Source: Candidatus Krumholzibacteriia bacterium (GTDB lineage: Bacteria > Krumholzibacteriota > Krumholzibacteriia > JAJRXK01). From it: a stretch of DNA of 64,000 nt. The notes beneath the pieces were generated by a model, which searched no databases, was not told where the DNA came from, and saw nothing but the letters and a program-made list of their open reading frames with translations. Positions 9,200 through 18,055 of this stretch are shown here, piece after piece. Location: the NCBI GenBank assembly GCA_035268685.1, contig DATFKK010000036.1, positions 5,510 through 69,509 of the forward strand, given 5' to 3'. A program made the translations under genes and the position numbers. Position 1 is the stretch's first letter. The number at the start of each line of letters is the position of its first letter.

Positions 9200-10071
9200 T
9201 GGCTTCGAAGCGTTCGACCGGTGTGGTTCTCTGGATCCTCGCCCTCTTGATCATGCTGGCCGCGGCCACCTACCAACGCCGTACGGGACCGACCTACCCC
9301 CTGGACGTGACGGTCGACGTCGCGGGACAAACCGTCGAGGTCGAGTTGCCGCGCTCGGCAACCACCGATGCTCCGGCCACGGTGACCTGGCCGGCGCATG
9401 CCGACGTCGATCGCGTGTGGCTGGTCTGGAAACGCTACCCCTCCGAGGACCCTCCCAGCCGCGTCGCCTTCGGTCCCGACGGGACCGCCGAGCTCCCGGT
9501 CCAACCCGCCGCCGGCAAGCTCGAGTACCACCTGCTGGTCCGGACCCACGCAGGGCAGGACCTGCTCCTGCCACCGGGTCAGGACCCGCCCGTGCTGCGC
9601 TACAAGGACCCGGTTCCCCTCGCCGCCCTGCTCCCCCACGTGGTCATGATGTTCCTGAGCATGCTACTGGGCGTCCGCGCGGCCCTGGCTTCCGTCGCCG
9701 GCCGGAACGAGACCCGCTGGCTGGTCCCGCTGACGGCCGTCGGCCTCACCCTGGGCGGAATGATCCTGGGCCCGGTCGTGCAGAAGTACGCATTCGGTGC
9801 CTACTGGACGGGCTGGCCGCTCGGCGGCGACCTCACCGACAACAAGACGCTGCTCATGTGGGTGGTCTGGGCAGCGACGGCGATCGCGCTCGCCGTGCGT
9901 CCGTCGTTGCGCCCGCGCTGGACCGGACGGGCGATGATCCTCGTCGCGACGGCCGTCATGCTCGCCGTCTACCTGATCCCGCACAGTCTGCGCGGCAGTC
10001 AGCTCGACTACGAAGCCCTGGAGTCCGGTGTGGACGCCCACGAGGCCATCCGGACCGGCAAGACGGAGTGA
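9199..10071 (+). CDS. Membrane protein of unknown function (N-terminal TM segment, about 130-aa extracytoplasmic beta-rich domain, 4 C-terminal TM segments), translationally coupled to the TauE gene.
   Basis: ATG at 9199 overlaps the TGA of the upstream gene (tgATGg) and GGAG lies 5 nt upstream. This is the in-frame C-terminal part of the spurious 939-aa track ORF 7252..10071. Confidence 0.6.
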   Translation: MASKRSTGVVLWILALLIMLAAATYQRRTGPTYPLDVTVDVAGQTVEVELPRSATTDAPATVTWPAHADVDRVWLVWKRYPSEDPPSRVAFGPDGTAELPVQPAAGKLEYHLLVRTHAGQDLLLPPGQDPPVLRYKDPVPLAALLPHVVMMFLSMLLGVRAALASVAGRNETRWLVPLTAVGLTLGGMILGPVVQKYAFGAYWTGWPLGGDLTDNKTLLMWVVWAATAIALAVRPSLRPRWTGRAMILVATAVMLAVYLIPHSLRGSQLDYEALESGVDAHEAIRTGKTE

Positions 10072-10078
10072 TCCCGCC

Positions 10079-11509
10079 TCAGGGGCGTCCCCAGCGCACG
10101 GTGCCCAGACGATCGTCGGGATCGAAGTGCCTCTTCAACACGTCGCTCACGGCAACGGTCGCGGGATCGGCGTAGCGATCGTACACGCGCTGGTTGTGGG
10201 GCCCCACACCGTGCTCGGCACTGTAGCTGCCCCCGAAGTCCTCCACGCACAGGGCGTAGATCGAGTCCTGCAACGAGAGCCAGGACTCCGAGCCCGGACG
10301 GAGATCGCGCGTCGCGGGATCGTTCGGATCGATCAGCAGATTCACGTGGGTACCCCCGTCCCCCCAGTGGCCGTAGTCGCACACCCGCAGGCTCGGCCAC
10401 CGTTCCGCCACGCGCCGGCGGATCGCCTCCGAGAACTCGGCCAGTCGCGACCGCGGGACCGACAGGTCGAAGGCCAGGACCTCGCCCTCCAGACGAATCG
10501 CCTCGGTCACGGAGTGCCGCAGGTGCCAGAAGGCGTCGTCCTGTTCGAGCAGGATGGCGTCGTCGTCGACCCCGGCGACCGTCGCCGCGACGCCGGACAC
10601 GGTGCCCAGCACGAGCGTCGGCAGATCGAGTCGCTCGGGGGTGCAACTCGTCGCGAACTCGACGAGGGCGACCATGGACGGGTCGCGATCGGGGAAGGGA
10701 TCGCGCACGCGCGAACCGCGGCGCACCGTCACCTCGATCGCCTCGCGGCTGATCACCTCGAATGCGGCCAGGAAGTCACCCAGGGTGCGTTCCAGACGCG
10801 AAAGCAGGTCGAGCGCCACCGCCCCTTCGTCGATCGCGAACAACAGCGTGGTGGTCTGGACGGGCAGGGGCGCGAGATCCAGTGCTGCGCGAGTGATGAC
10901 GCCGAAGCTGCCGCTGGTGCCCACGAAGAGCTGGGCGGGATCCAGACCCGTGTTGTTCTTGCGGAGCGGTTGCAAACGCCGCATCACGGTTCCGTCGGCG
11001 AGGACGACCTCGACGCCCAGCAGGTTGCTGCGCACGTCACCGTAGCGGACCAGGCGGGTCCCGCCAGTGTTGGTGGCGACCATTCCCCCGACCTGGGGAT
11101 CGGCCCCGAGATCGATCGGATACCACAGGCCGTACTCGCGCAGCGCCTCGTTCAGAGTGCCCAGACCGACGCCCGCTTCGACGACGGCCACGCGGTCCAC
11201 CGGGTCGATCCCGACGATACGGTCGAGCCGTTGCAATCCCATCACGAGCTGTTCGCCGCTGGCGTCGGGATTGGAGGCTGCGACCAGACCGGTGTTCGCT
11301 CCCATCGGCTGGAGCCGCACGCCGTGCTCGGCGCAACGGCGCATGACGGCTGCGACCCCTTCCGTCGACGACGGCAACACCACCGCCCGGGCCCGCCCTT
11401 CGCCGTAGCGCCAGCCCTTCTCGTACGGCGCGCGGTCTTCGGGGACGGTCAGGACCGCCGACTCGCCGACGTCGGCACGCAGGGCTCCGAGCAGCGCGGA
11501 ATCGTTCAT
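10079..11509 (-). CDS. FAD-binding oxidoreductase (GlcD / D-lactate dehydrogenase-like, FAD_binding_4 + FAD-oxidase_C).
   Basis: 476 aa with typical family motifs (PMGANTGLVAAS, GTSGSFGVITRAAL, SAEHGVG). Its start overlaps the upstream gene's stop (ATGA). Confidence 0.85.
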   Translation of the reverse strand: MNDSALLGALRADVGESAVLTVPEDRAPYEKGWRYGEGRARAVVLPSSTEGVAAVMRRCAEHGVRLQPMGANTGLVAASNPDASGEQLVMGLQRLDRIVGIDPVDRVAVVEAGVGLGTLNEALREYGLWYPIDLGADPQVGGMVATNTGGTRLVRYGDVRSNLLGVEVVLADGTVMRRLQPLRKNNTGLDPAQLFVGTSGSFGVITRAALDLAPLPVQTTTLLFAIDEGAVALDLLSRLERTLGDFLAAFEVISREAIEVTVRRGSRVRDPFPDRDPSMVALVEFATSCTPERLDLPTLVLGTVSGVAATVAGVDDDAILLEQDDAFWHLRHSVTEAIRLEGEVLAFDLSVPRSRLAEFSEAIRRRVAERWPSLRVCDYGHWGDGGTHVNLLIDPNDPATRDLRPGSESWLSLQDSIYALCVEDFGGSYSAEHGVGPHNQRVYDRYADPATVAVSDVLKRHFDPDDRLGTVRWGRP

Positions 11510-13026
11510 CGCGTGCCCGCGCCCAGAGATTCACCGAACAGGATCGCGCGTGTCACCGCGTACACGTCGGTGTTCGTGAATCTCGACGCATACCGTCCGT
11601 GCACTTCTTCCGCGCGCCATCCGGCCAGGCGCGAAAGGATGCCCCCGTGGACGTCGACGGTGCCGATCCAGGCCACGGTGAATTCCATCTCGCGGCCGCT
11701 GTCGTCGGCGCTGGCCACGAAGGGTGCAGTGTCGCGTCCGAGCATCCCGTCGGTCGGAACCCGAACGTCGTCCTCGGACCGTCCGGTCGGATTCACGCGT
11801 ACGGTCGACCGCGGCGGCGACACCACCTGCAGCGAGCTGCCGTCGCTGTCGGCCGCGGTCAGGACGAAGGTCCGTGGGTTGCGCCGCACGAAGCGCAGAC
11901 TGGCATCGATCACCCGGTCTGCGCTGCGAAGACCGACGAGCGTGCCGAGAGCGTTGTTCTTGTTGCCGAAGTTGTCGGTGCTCTCGACCTCGCTGACCAG
12001 CAGGAAGGGCTTGCCCGCGGCTTCCGCGTGCCGGCGCAGGACCTCGAGCGCGACGTCGTGCATCTCCTCGGCACGCGGAGGGTCGTAGCCAGGCGTCCCC
12101 GGTGGCGAGCCGTGCGTGATCAACCGACCCGCGCGCGGATCGAGCCGCGACGGTTCGTCGCGTACCAGACCCGCTGCGACCATGCGTTCCTCGGTCGTGT
12201 CGTTGAACACGTCCTCGGCCGCGAACAGCCCGAGCACGCGCGGCGTCCAGCCGGGCTCGGCCCGCAGACGCCGCGCGAAGTCCTCGAACCCGGCTCGGGT
12301 CCGCAGGACCACCCAACCGTCGCCGAGGAGTTCACGGACCAGGTTGCGACCGTCTTCGCGCGCGGCCCGATCCCCGCTCAGCGGGTCGACGTGCAGGTAG
12401 CAGTCCGGAGTGATCCGGTCACCGCACGGCGGGGCGTCGTCGGGAAGGAAGAAGGCCTCGCCCCCACCCAGGGCGACGACCGGGCGCACGTCGACGTCCT
12501 CGAATCCGGGACGTCCGTCGACGAACTGTCGGGCGATCTCGTTCGCCTCGTCGCGGTGCGAAGCCTCGGCCCAGTACACTCCGGTGCCGGGCTCGGGCAG
12601 GTCACCGTCGTTGACCAGGCCCACGGGGTGACCGGTGTTGGCCGCCTCCCGCAGAACACTGCCGTGATAGCCCGAGGCCGCGGTGATCTCGACCGATTCC
12701 TCCCGTGATCCGTCGCGACCGAAGGAGCCGCCCCCCTTCACACGCTGCCCGAAGGCATGGGCGGTGGCTCCGCCGTTGGACGTCGCCCCCAGACGGTCGG
12801 ACATGTGCCCGCGGTAGACCAGCATCTCCGGCATGAGATCCCACGCCAATCGCCCGTCGGGACCTTTCCAGTAGGTCCGCGCGGCGTTCCACGAGTTGAG
12901 CGCCGCGCCGTCGGGATGGACGAAGATCACGTTGGCCGGCTGCGACTGCGACTGCGACTGAGCCCAGGCCGAGCCGACGGCGGTCACGAGGGAACCGAGG
13001 ACGAGAGCGAGGTGTTGAAGGCGCAT
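11506..13026 (-). CDS. Alkaline phosphatase family protein (PhoA-like), secreted.
   Basis: Signal peptide MRLQHLALVLGSLVTAVGSAWAQ (start trimmed to 13026, with GGAGAGG upstream). SEVESTDNFGNKNNALG aligns loosely with the PhoA metal-site region. Family-level call only. Confidence 0.65.
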   Translation of the reverse strand: MRLQHLALVLGSLVTAVGSAWAQSQSQSQPANVIFVHPDGAALNSWNAARTYWKGPDGRLAWDLMPEMLVYRGHMSDRLGATSNGGATAHAFGQRVKGGGSFGRDGSREESVEITAASGYHGSVLREAANTGHPVGLVNDGDLPEPGTGVYWAEASHRDEANEIARQFVDGRPGFEDVDVRPVVALGGGEAFFLPDDAPPCGDRITPDCYLHVDPLSGDRAAREDGRNLVRELLGDGWVVLRTRAGFEDFARRLRAEPGWTPRVLGLFAAEDVFNDTTEERMVAAGLVRDEPSRLDPRAGRLITHGSPPGTPGYDPPRAEEMHDVALEVLRRHAEAAGKPFLLVSEVESTDNFGNKNNALGTLVGLRSADRVIDASLRFVRRNPRTFVLTAADSDGSSLQVVSPPRSTVRVNPTGRSEDDVRVPTDGMLGRDTAPFVASADDSGREMEFTVAWIGTVDVHGGILSRLAGWRAEEVHGRYASRFTNTDVYAVTRAILFGESLGAGTR

Positions 13027-13119
13027 CCGCGTGTACCTCTCCTGACGACGATCGACCCGAACGGCGCGAATCGGTAGTCTACACGAGCGCTTCGCCCTTC
13101 CCAACCCATCGAGGCCCCC

Positions 13120-14031
13120 TTGACGTGGAATTCATCGCGCGTGCCGGCAGGCCTCGCGGCCGTGGTCGTCGCCTTCGGTCTGGCCGTGGCTCCACTCCCA
13201 CGTGAAGGCATCCTCACCAGCGAACTCCAGGACGCCCTGCACGCGATCGGCTTCGCCGTGTTCACATTCGTCCTGCTGCACGCGATCGAACGCTCGGCGC
13301 CCGCGACGCGACGCTGGACCCACCTCGGCCTCGCCCTGGCCTTCGCTCTCGCACTGGCCGTCGGCACCGAGGGGATCCAGAAGTTCACGCCCCGGGACTC
13401 CGATCCCTTCGACTTCGCTCGCGATCTGCTCGGCATCGCCATCGGCACCGCTGCCGCCGCGGTGCCGTGGGTCCGGACGCTGCCCGCACGCACGCTGCTG
13501 GTGGTCGCAGCCGTCATCGGCACCGGGGCGGCCTTGTCGCCGCTGTATTCCACGTTGCGCGCATTGGACGCCCGGCAGGCGCGCTTCCCCGTTCTGCACG
13601 ACTTCGAAGAGGCGTGGGAACGCCTCTTCCTGGCCACGCGCGGAGGCGACCTGCGCTTCGATTCGGAGGGCCACGCCCGGCTGACGCTGATCGAGGGGAA
13701 CTACCCCGCCCTCATCGTGCGCGAGTTCCCCTCGGACTGGTCCGGCTACGACCGACTGTCCTTCCGGATCGCAGCCGAGGGCGACGTCCCGACCGATGTC
13801 GCCATCCGGGTGGACGACGTGCTCCACGACGGGACGTACCACGACCGTTTCCAGACACGGGTCCGCGTGGACGCGGAATGGCGGGACGTCACGATCCCGC
13901 TCCGTGCGATCCGTGAGGGGCCGCGCGATCGACACCTGGACCTGAGCGCGGTGAAGACGGTGGTCCTGTTCGGTACGCCGAACACGCCTCGGCCACTCGT
14001 CCTGAGGGTCGACGACCTGCGGCTGGAGTGA
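13120..14031 (+). CDS. Hypothetical membrane protein (VanZ-like N-terminal TM region plus a C-terminal soluble beta domain).
   Basis: 303-aa ORF with four hydrophobic segments then a hydrophilic domain. The track start is TTG, and an internal GTG at 13141 (MPAGLAAVVVAF) is an alternative. Confidence 0.45.
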   Translation: MTWNSSRVPAGLAAVVVAFGLAVAPLPREGILTSELQDALHAIGFAVFTFVLLHAIERSAPATRRWTHLGLALAFALALAVGTEGIQKFTPRDSDPFDFARDLLGIAIGTAAAAVPWVRTLPARTLLVVAAVIGTGAALSPLYSTLRALDARQARFPVLHDFEEAWERLFLATRGGDLRFDSEGHARLTLIEGNYPALIVREFPSDWSGYDRLSFRIAAEGDVPTDVAIRVDDVLHDGTYHDRFQTRVRVDAEWRDVTIPLRAIREGPRDRHLDLSAVKTVVLFGTPNTPRPLVLRVDDLRLE

Positions 14032-14038
14032 GACGAGT

Positions 14039-14695
14039 TCAGCGGACGGGAAGCACCATCGCCTTCAGCGCGGTCCAGCTGATCGTGTCGTTCGCGCGCG
14101 CCGCGGGACCTCGGGATCCCGGCACCCCGAGGTCGTCCCAGGCGACCAGGCGGTACGAATCGACGGCCTGGCCGTCGACCATCGTGGACTCGCGCGCCAG
14201 GTACATGCGCTGCAGCCCGGCGACGTCGCGTGAGTCTGCGCCGAAATCGGCGGTCGCCCGCAGCGCGAGCACCGCGCGTACGTCGGCCTGGGGCGCCACG
14301 TCCGGCGCCAGGTCCTCGGTCCATTGCCCATCGAGATCGATCTCGAGGATCCGGAAGAATTCCACCGGTGGGCCGGTCCCCGTGGAATCGGAGAACAGTC
14401 CGGCGAAGGCCTCGAGTTCCGTCGTGCGATCCCAGGTCGGTGCGAGTCCGATCGCATCGACATCGGCCGGGGCGAGACGGAACACGAAGAGCGGGTGGAG
14501 GAGATCCGCGTAGACCTGCGCATCACGCTGCCCCCAGGCCGCCTCGAAGGCATCGAGCCACTCGGAGGGCGAAGTCGGCACCGTCGGCCCGTCGCCGTCG
14601 TCGGGACCGACCCCCACCACGTCGTCGTCGTCACTGCACCCCACGACGGACCACGACAGGATCGCGACGAGACCGATTGAACAGAGTGTGCGCAT
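14039..14695 (-). CDS. Hypothetical lipoprotein.
   Basis: Trimmed to ATG 14695 (MRTLCSIGLVAILSWSVVGCSDDDD: signal + lipobox Cys), with AGGA upstream. The long overlapping track ORFs 14039..15163 and 14065..16611 are otherwise junk frames. Confidence 0.6.
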   Translation of the reverse strand: MRTLCSIGLVAILSWSVVGCSDDDDVVGVGPDDGDGPTVPTSPSEWLDAFEAAWGQRDAQVYADLLHPLFVFRLAPADVDAIGLAPTWDRTTELEAFAGLFSDSTGTGPPVEFFRILEIDLDGQWTEDLAPDVAPQADVRAVLALRATADFGADSRDVAGLQRMYLARESTMVDGQAVDSYRLVAWDDLGVPGSRGPAARANDTISWTALKAMVLPVR

Positions 14696-14768
14696 GGAGT
14701 TCCTCGTGGCCAGAGTTCGGTTCCACGAACGGTAGCGACAGCGCCCGCGCCAGGGCAAGCCCCACGCG

Positions 14769-16592
14769 TCACCCTTCGTCGGTCGGTGCCTCGTCGCGCC
14801 GTCGCGCCCGGCCGGGAGGATCGGCATCGCCCGGGACCAGTCCCACGAGCTTCTGCCCCTCGCGCGCCTGCAACGGCAGCTTCGAATCGAAGGGGACGAT
14901 CGACTCGTCCTCCGACACCACGAACAGCGGCAGCGCGTCCGCCCCGTACAGCTCGTGGTAGTCGTCGATCGTGAAGTCCTGACTGAGCCGCGTGGACTTG
15001 AACACCCACCCCTCGCGGTGCCGGCGCGTGATGGATCGGTAGGTGACGTCCTCGTCGAACAGCCGCCTTCCTCCCACCTCGAGCTCGTCCTCGCCCTCCG
15101 TCGCGTCGGCCGTCTCGAGCTGGTACACGTTCGCGCGCCCGAAGACCTCGGCCAGACGGACACAGGCCAGCGAATTCACCTCGTCGTTCGGGGTCAGCGC
15201 CAGGAAGACCCCTCGGTCCGACAGATCGATGTCCTCCAGCGCCCCCTCGGTCAGGATGTTCTCGCCCACCGCTTCGAGTCCGGTCATCCGCGCCGCACCC
15301 ACGTGATTGCGGTTCGTGTCGACCAGTAGGACGTCGCCGCCGACACGCTGCAAGGTCTCGGCGAGGGCACGCGCCCACTCGTGCGCGCCCAGGATCAACA
15401 GGCCCTTGTGGGCGGCGGAGCTCACACCCAACCACCGTGCCACGAAGGGCGCACCGGTTCCGTAGACGAGCACGGTCCCCACGATCACGAAGAAGGCCAG
15501 GGGCACGATCATTGCCGCGTCGGCGACGTCGTGCTCGGCGAACTCCAGCGCGATGACCGATGCCAGAGCAGCCGAGACGATCCCCCGCGGGGCGACGAGC
15601 GCCACGAAGAATCGCTCCCGCCATGCCATGGGCGTGCCCAGGCCGCTCAGCAGGACGGAAACCGGTCGCACGACGACCACCAGGGCCCCCAGGAACAGCA
15701 CGTGCCGCCACGAGATCTCGAGCAGCATCTCGCGGTCGATCCGCGCGGCCAGCAGGACGAACAGGACCGCCAGCAACAGGACCTGAAGGCTCTCCTTGAA
15801 CTCGACGATGTGGCGGATGTCGACCCGACGCTGGTTGGCCAGGGTCACGCCCATGACCGTGACGGCCAACAGCCCCGACTCGGGCTGCAACTGCTCGCTC
15901 GCGCCGAAGACCACGAATACGAGCATGAGCGACACCGGGTTCTGCAGATGGTCGGGAAGCAGGTGACGGCGCAGCAGGAAGCCCATGCCCAGACCCGCCA
16001 GCACTCCGTAGAGGCTCCCCATTCCGAGCGTGAAGGCAACCCCCCGCACCGGATTCGCCCCTTCGAGGCCGTGCAGGATCACTTCGAACACGAGAATGGT
16101 GACCATCACACCCAGCGGGTCGGTGACGATCCCCTCCCACTTCAGCGCGGTTCCCACGCTGCGGTGGGGGCGGATCTGCCGCAGCATCGGGCCGATCACC
16201 GTGGGACCGGTGACGATGAACAGGGCACCGAGGAGGAGCGCCATGTTCCAGGGGACGTCGAAACACCACCGCGCGAAGAGCGTGCCCCCGGCCCACGTGA
16301 CGACGACTCCGATCGTGCACAGGTTCCGGACCATGGTGCCGACGTGGCGGAGTTCCCCCAGACGCAGGCTCAGACCACCCTCGTACAGGATCACCGCGAC
16401 CGACAACGAGACCAGTGGGAGCAGCAGGTCGCCGAAGAGAGCGTCGGGATCCAGCCACCCGAGAACCGGGCCGGCGAGGATCCCCACCGCCAGGAGCAGA
16501 AGAATGCTCGGCAGGCCGGCTCGCCACGCGATCCACTGGGCCAGCACGCCGGCCACGACGATCCCCGCCAGGCTCTGTACGATGGATTCCAT
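14769..16592 (-). CDS. Na+/H+ (cation:proton) antiporter, CPA1 family (NhaP-type) with a C-terminal cytoplasmic regulatory domain.
   Basis: 607 aa with about 12 TM segments, the TDP motif (GIVTDPLGVM) and a TrkA-C-like C-terminal tail. Confidence 0.85.
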   Translation of the reverse strand: MESIVQSLAGIVVAGVLAQWIAWRAGLPSILLLLAVGILAGPVLGWLDPDALFGDLLLPLVSLSVAVILYEGGLSLRLGELRHVGTMVRNLCTIGVVVTWAGGTLFARWCFDVPWNMALLLGALFIVTGPTVIGPMLRQIRPHRSVGTALKWEGIVTDPLGVMVTILVFEVILHGLEGANPVRGVAFTLGMGSLYGVLAGLGMGFLLRRHLLPDHLQNPVSLMLVFVVFGASEQLQPESGLLAVTVMGVTLANQRRVDIRHIVEFKESLQVLLLAVLFVLLAARIDREMLLEISWRHVLFLGALVVVVRPVSVLLSGLGTPMAWRERFFVALVAPRGIVSAALASVIALEFAEHDVADAAMIVPLAFFVIVGTVLVYGTGAPFVARWLGVSSAAHKGLLILGAHEWARALAETLQRVGGDVLLVDTNRNHVGAARMTGLEAVGENILTEGALEDIDLSDRGVFLALTPNDEVNSLACVRLAEVFGRANVYQLETADATEGEDELEVGGRRLFDEDVTYRSITRRHREGWVFKSTRLSQDFTIDDYHELYGADALPLFVVSEDESIVPFDSKLPLQAREGQKLVGLVPGDADPPGRARRRDEAPTDEG

Positions 16593-16628
16593 GGCCGCAG
16601 CGTCCGCCCACCCCCGAAGGGTGTCAAG

Positions 16629-18032
16629 TCAGTCCACGTAGCCCAGACTGCGCAGACGTTCGAGCTGCTCGGGACTCAGGGCGTCCAGATCGACGAACTC
16701 CCGGCCCCAGGTCGCGGTCTTTCCCTCTTCCCATTCCTGCAGAAGGGGGCGCAGTTCGCGCACCATTCGGTGTTCGGGGTCGTAGAGATCGTCTCGCTCG
16801 TAGGGGTCGTCCGATCGGTCGTAGAGTTCCCAGCTCCCGGCGGCCAGATCGTGGATCAGTTTCCAGTCTTCGCGTGTCACGGCCGTGAGGAAGGCTTCCT
16901 TCTCGATCACCTGGGGGTCGCGCTCGTCGCCGTCGACCAGGAACGACACCTCGGCGAACAGCGGCCGGCGCTGCCACTCGGATTCGGGGGCGCCGGCCAG
17001 GAGGGGCACGAGCGAGTCTCCGTCGAAGCCCGACCCGACGTCCTCACCCCCCAGGTCCAGCAGGGTGACCGGCACATCCACCAGGGACACCGGCGCCCTC
17101 ACCGTGTCGGGCGGGAGGTGGGAAGGCAGGCTCATGATCATCGGGACGTGCACGAAGGTGTCGTAGAGATAGCGCGTGTGCCCGATCCAACCCTGCTCCA
17201 TGAACGACTCGCCGTGGTCCGCGACCACGATCACCAACGTGTCGTCGTGCAGACCGGCGCGCTCGACGGCGTCGAGCAATCGTCCGACGTGGTGATCGGT
17301 GAAGGCGACCTCCTCGCGGTAGACGTCGCGGAAGTAGCGGACATCGTCGGGGGACATGTCGTGGCGCCGGCGCCGCAGCTCGTTGATCCGCGGATCCCAG
17401 TGCCGCGCGGGACCGTCGTACCAGTCGCTGCGCGAGAAGTCCTGGTGGTGCACGTAGACGTTGTGTGGGTCGAAGTAGTGCACGAAGAGGAAGAAGGAGT
17501 CGCCGGCCATGGCCTCGAGCTGGGCGATCGCACGGTCGGTGACCTCCCGCGACGACACTCCCCGGTGACCGGCGATCGGGGTCTCGTCGTAGCGGTCGAA
17601 ACCCTGCGCGTACCCCAGTTCGCGATCGATCAGGAAGTGGCTGATCACACCGCCCGTGCGCTTCCCACGGGCCTTCATCCACTCGGCCAGTGTCGTGTGC
17701 TCGTCGGACAGGGAATCCATCAGGTGGATGGCGCCGTGGTGCGAAGGGGTCAACCCGGTGAAGAGCGAACCGACGCTCGGCTGGGTCCAGGGCGCCGGCG
17801 CCTGCGCCCGCGTGAACAACACGCCGCCTCGTGCGAGTGCGTCGAGATTCGGTGTCGTGTCGAGACCCGGCTCGTCCTCGGGAGCCAGCGCCCCCACGTG
17901 ACCAGCACCGAGCGTGTCGATGCAGATGAGCAGTACGTTCAGATCTTCGAGCGGAGGCAACGGCGACTCGACACGCGGCGCGCACGCCACGAGCAGCACG
18001 ACGAAGACCAGGACGAGCCGGGAACGCACCAT
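16629..18032 (-). CDS. Alkaline-phosphatase-superfamily hydrolase (sulfatase / NPP-like) with a Thr nucleophile, secreted.
   Basis: Trimmed to MVRSRLVLVFVVLLVACAP (18032). LLICIDTLGAGH metal-site motif. The nucleophile region PWTQPSVGSLFTGLTPSHHG has T-x-P-S-V where formylglycine sulfatases have C-x-P-S-R, and it resembles the NPP/phosphodiesterase TFPN..TGLYPESHG region. C-terminal VADHGESF motif. Confidence 0.8.
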   Translation of the reverse strand: MVRSRLVLVFVVLLVACAPRVESPLPPLEDLNVLLICIDTLGAGHVGALAPEDEPGLDTTPNLDALARGGVLFTRAQAPAPWTQPSVGSLFTGLTPSHHGAIHLMDSLSDEHTTLAEWMKARGKRTGGVISHFLIDRELGYAQGFDRYDETPIAGHRGVSSREVTDRAIAQLEAMAGDSFFLFVHYFDPHNVYVHHQDFSRSDWYDGPARHWDPRINELRRRRHDMSPDDVRYFRDVYREEVAFTDHHVGRLLDAVERAGLHDDTLVIVVADHGESFMEQGWIGHTRYLYDTFVHVPMIMSLPSHLPPDTVRAPVSLVDVPVTLLDLGGEDVGSGFDGDSLVPLLAGAPESEWQRRPLFAEVSFLVDGDERDPQVIEKEAFLTAVTREDWKLIHDLAAGSWELYDRSDDPYERDDLYDPEHRMVRELRPLLQEWEEGKTATWGREFVDLDALSPEQLERLRSLGYVD

Positions 18033-18055
18033 GACGGGCCTCTCGGGAAGACGAA

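Noticed and set aside
7252-10071. 939-aa plus-strand ORF spanning lipA and the TauE gene region
   Set aside because: Only its last 290 codons (from ATG 9199) look like protein. The rest is Arg/Gly/Pro-rich antisense translation of lipA and of the TauE frame, the usual long-ORF artefact in 70% GC DNA.
14065-16611. 848-aa minus-strand ORF overlapping the NhaP antiporter and the lipoprotein
   Set aside because: Low-complexity R/G/P/A composition, an out-of-frame shadow of the antiporter gene. The antiporter frame has coherent TM helices.
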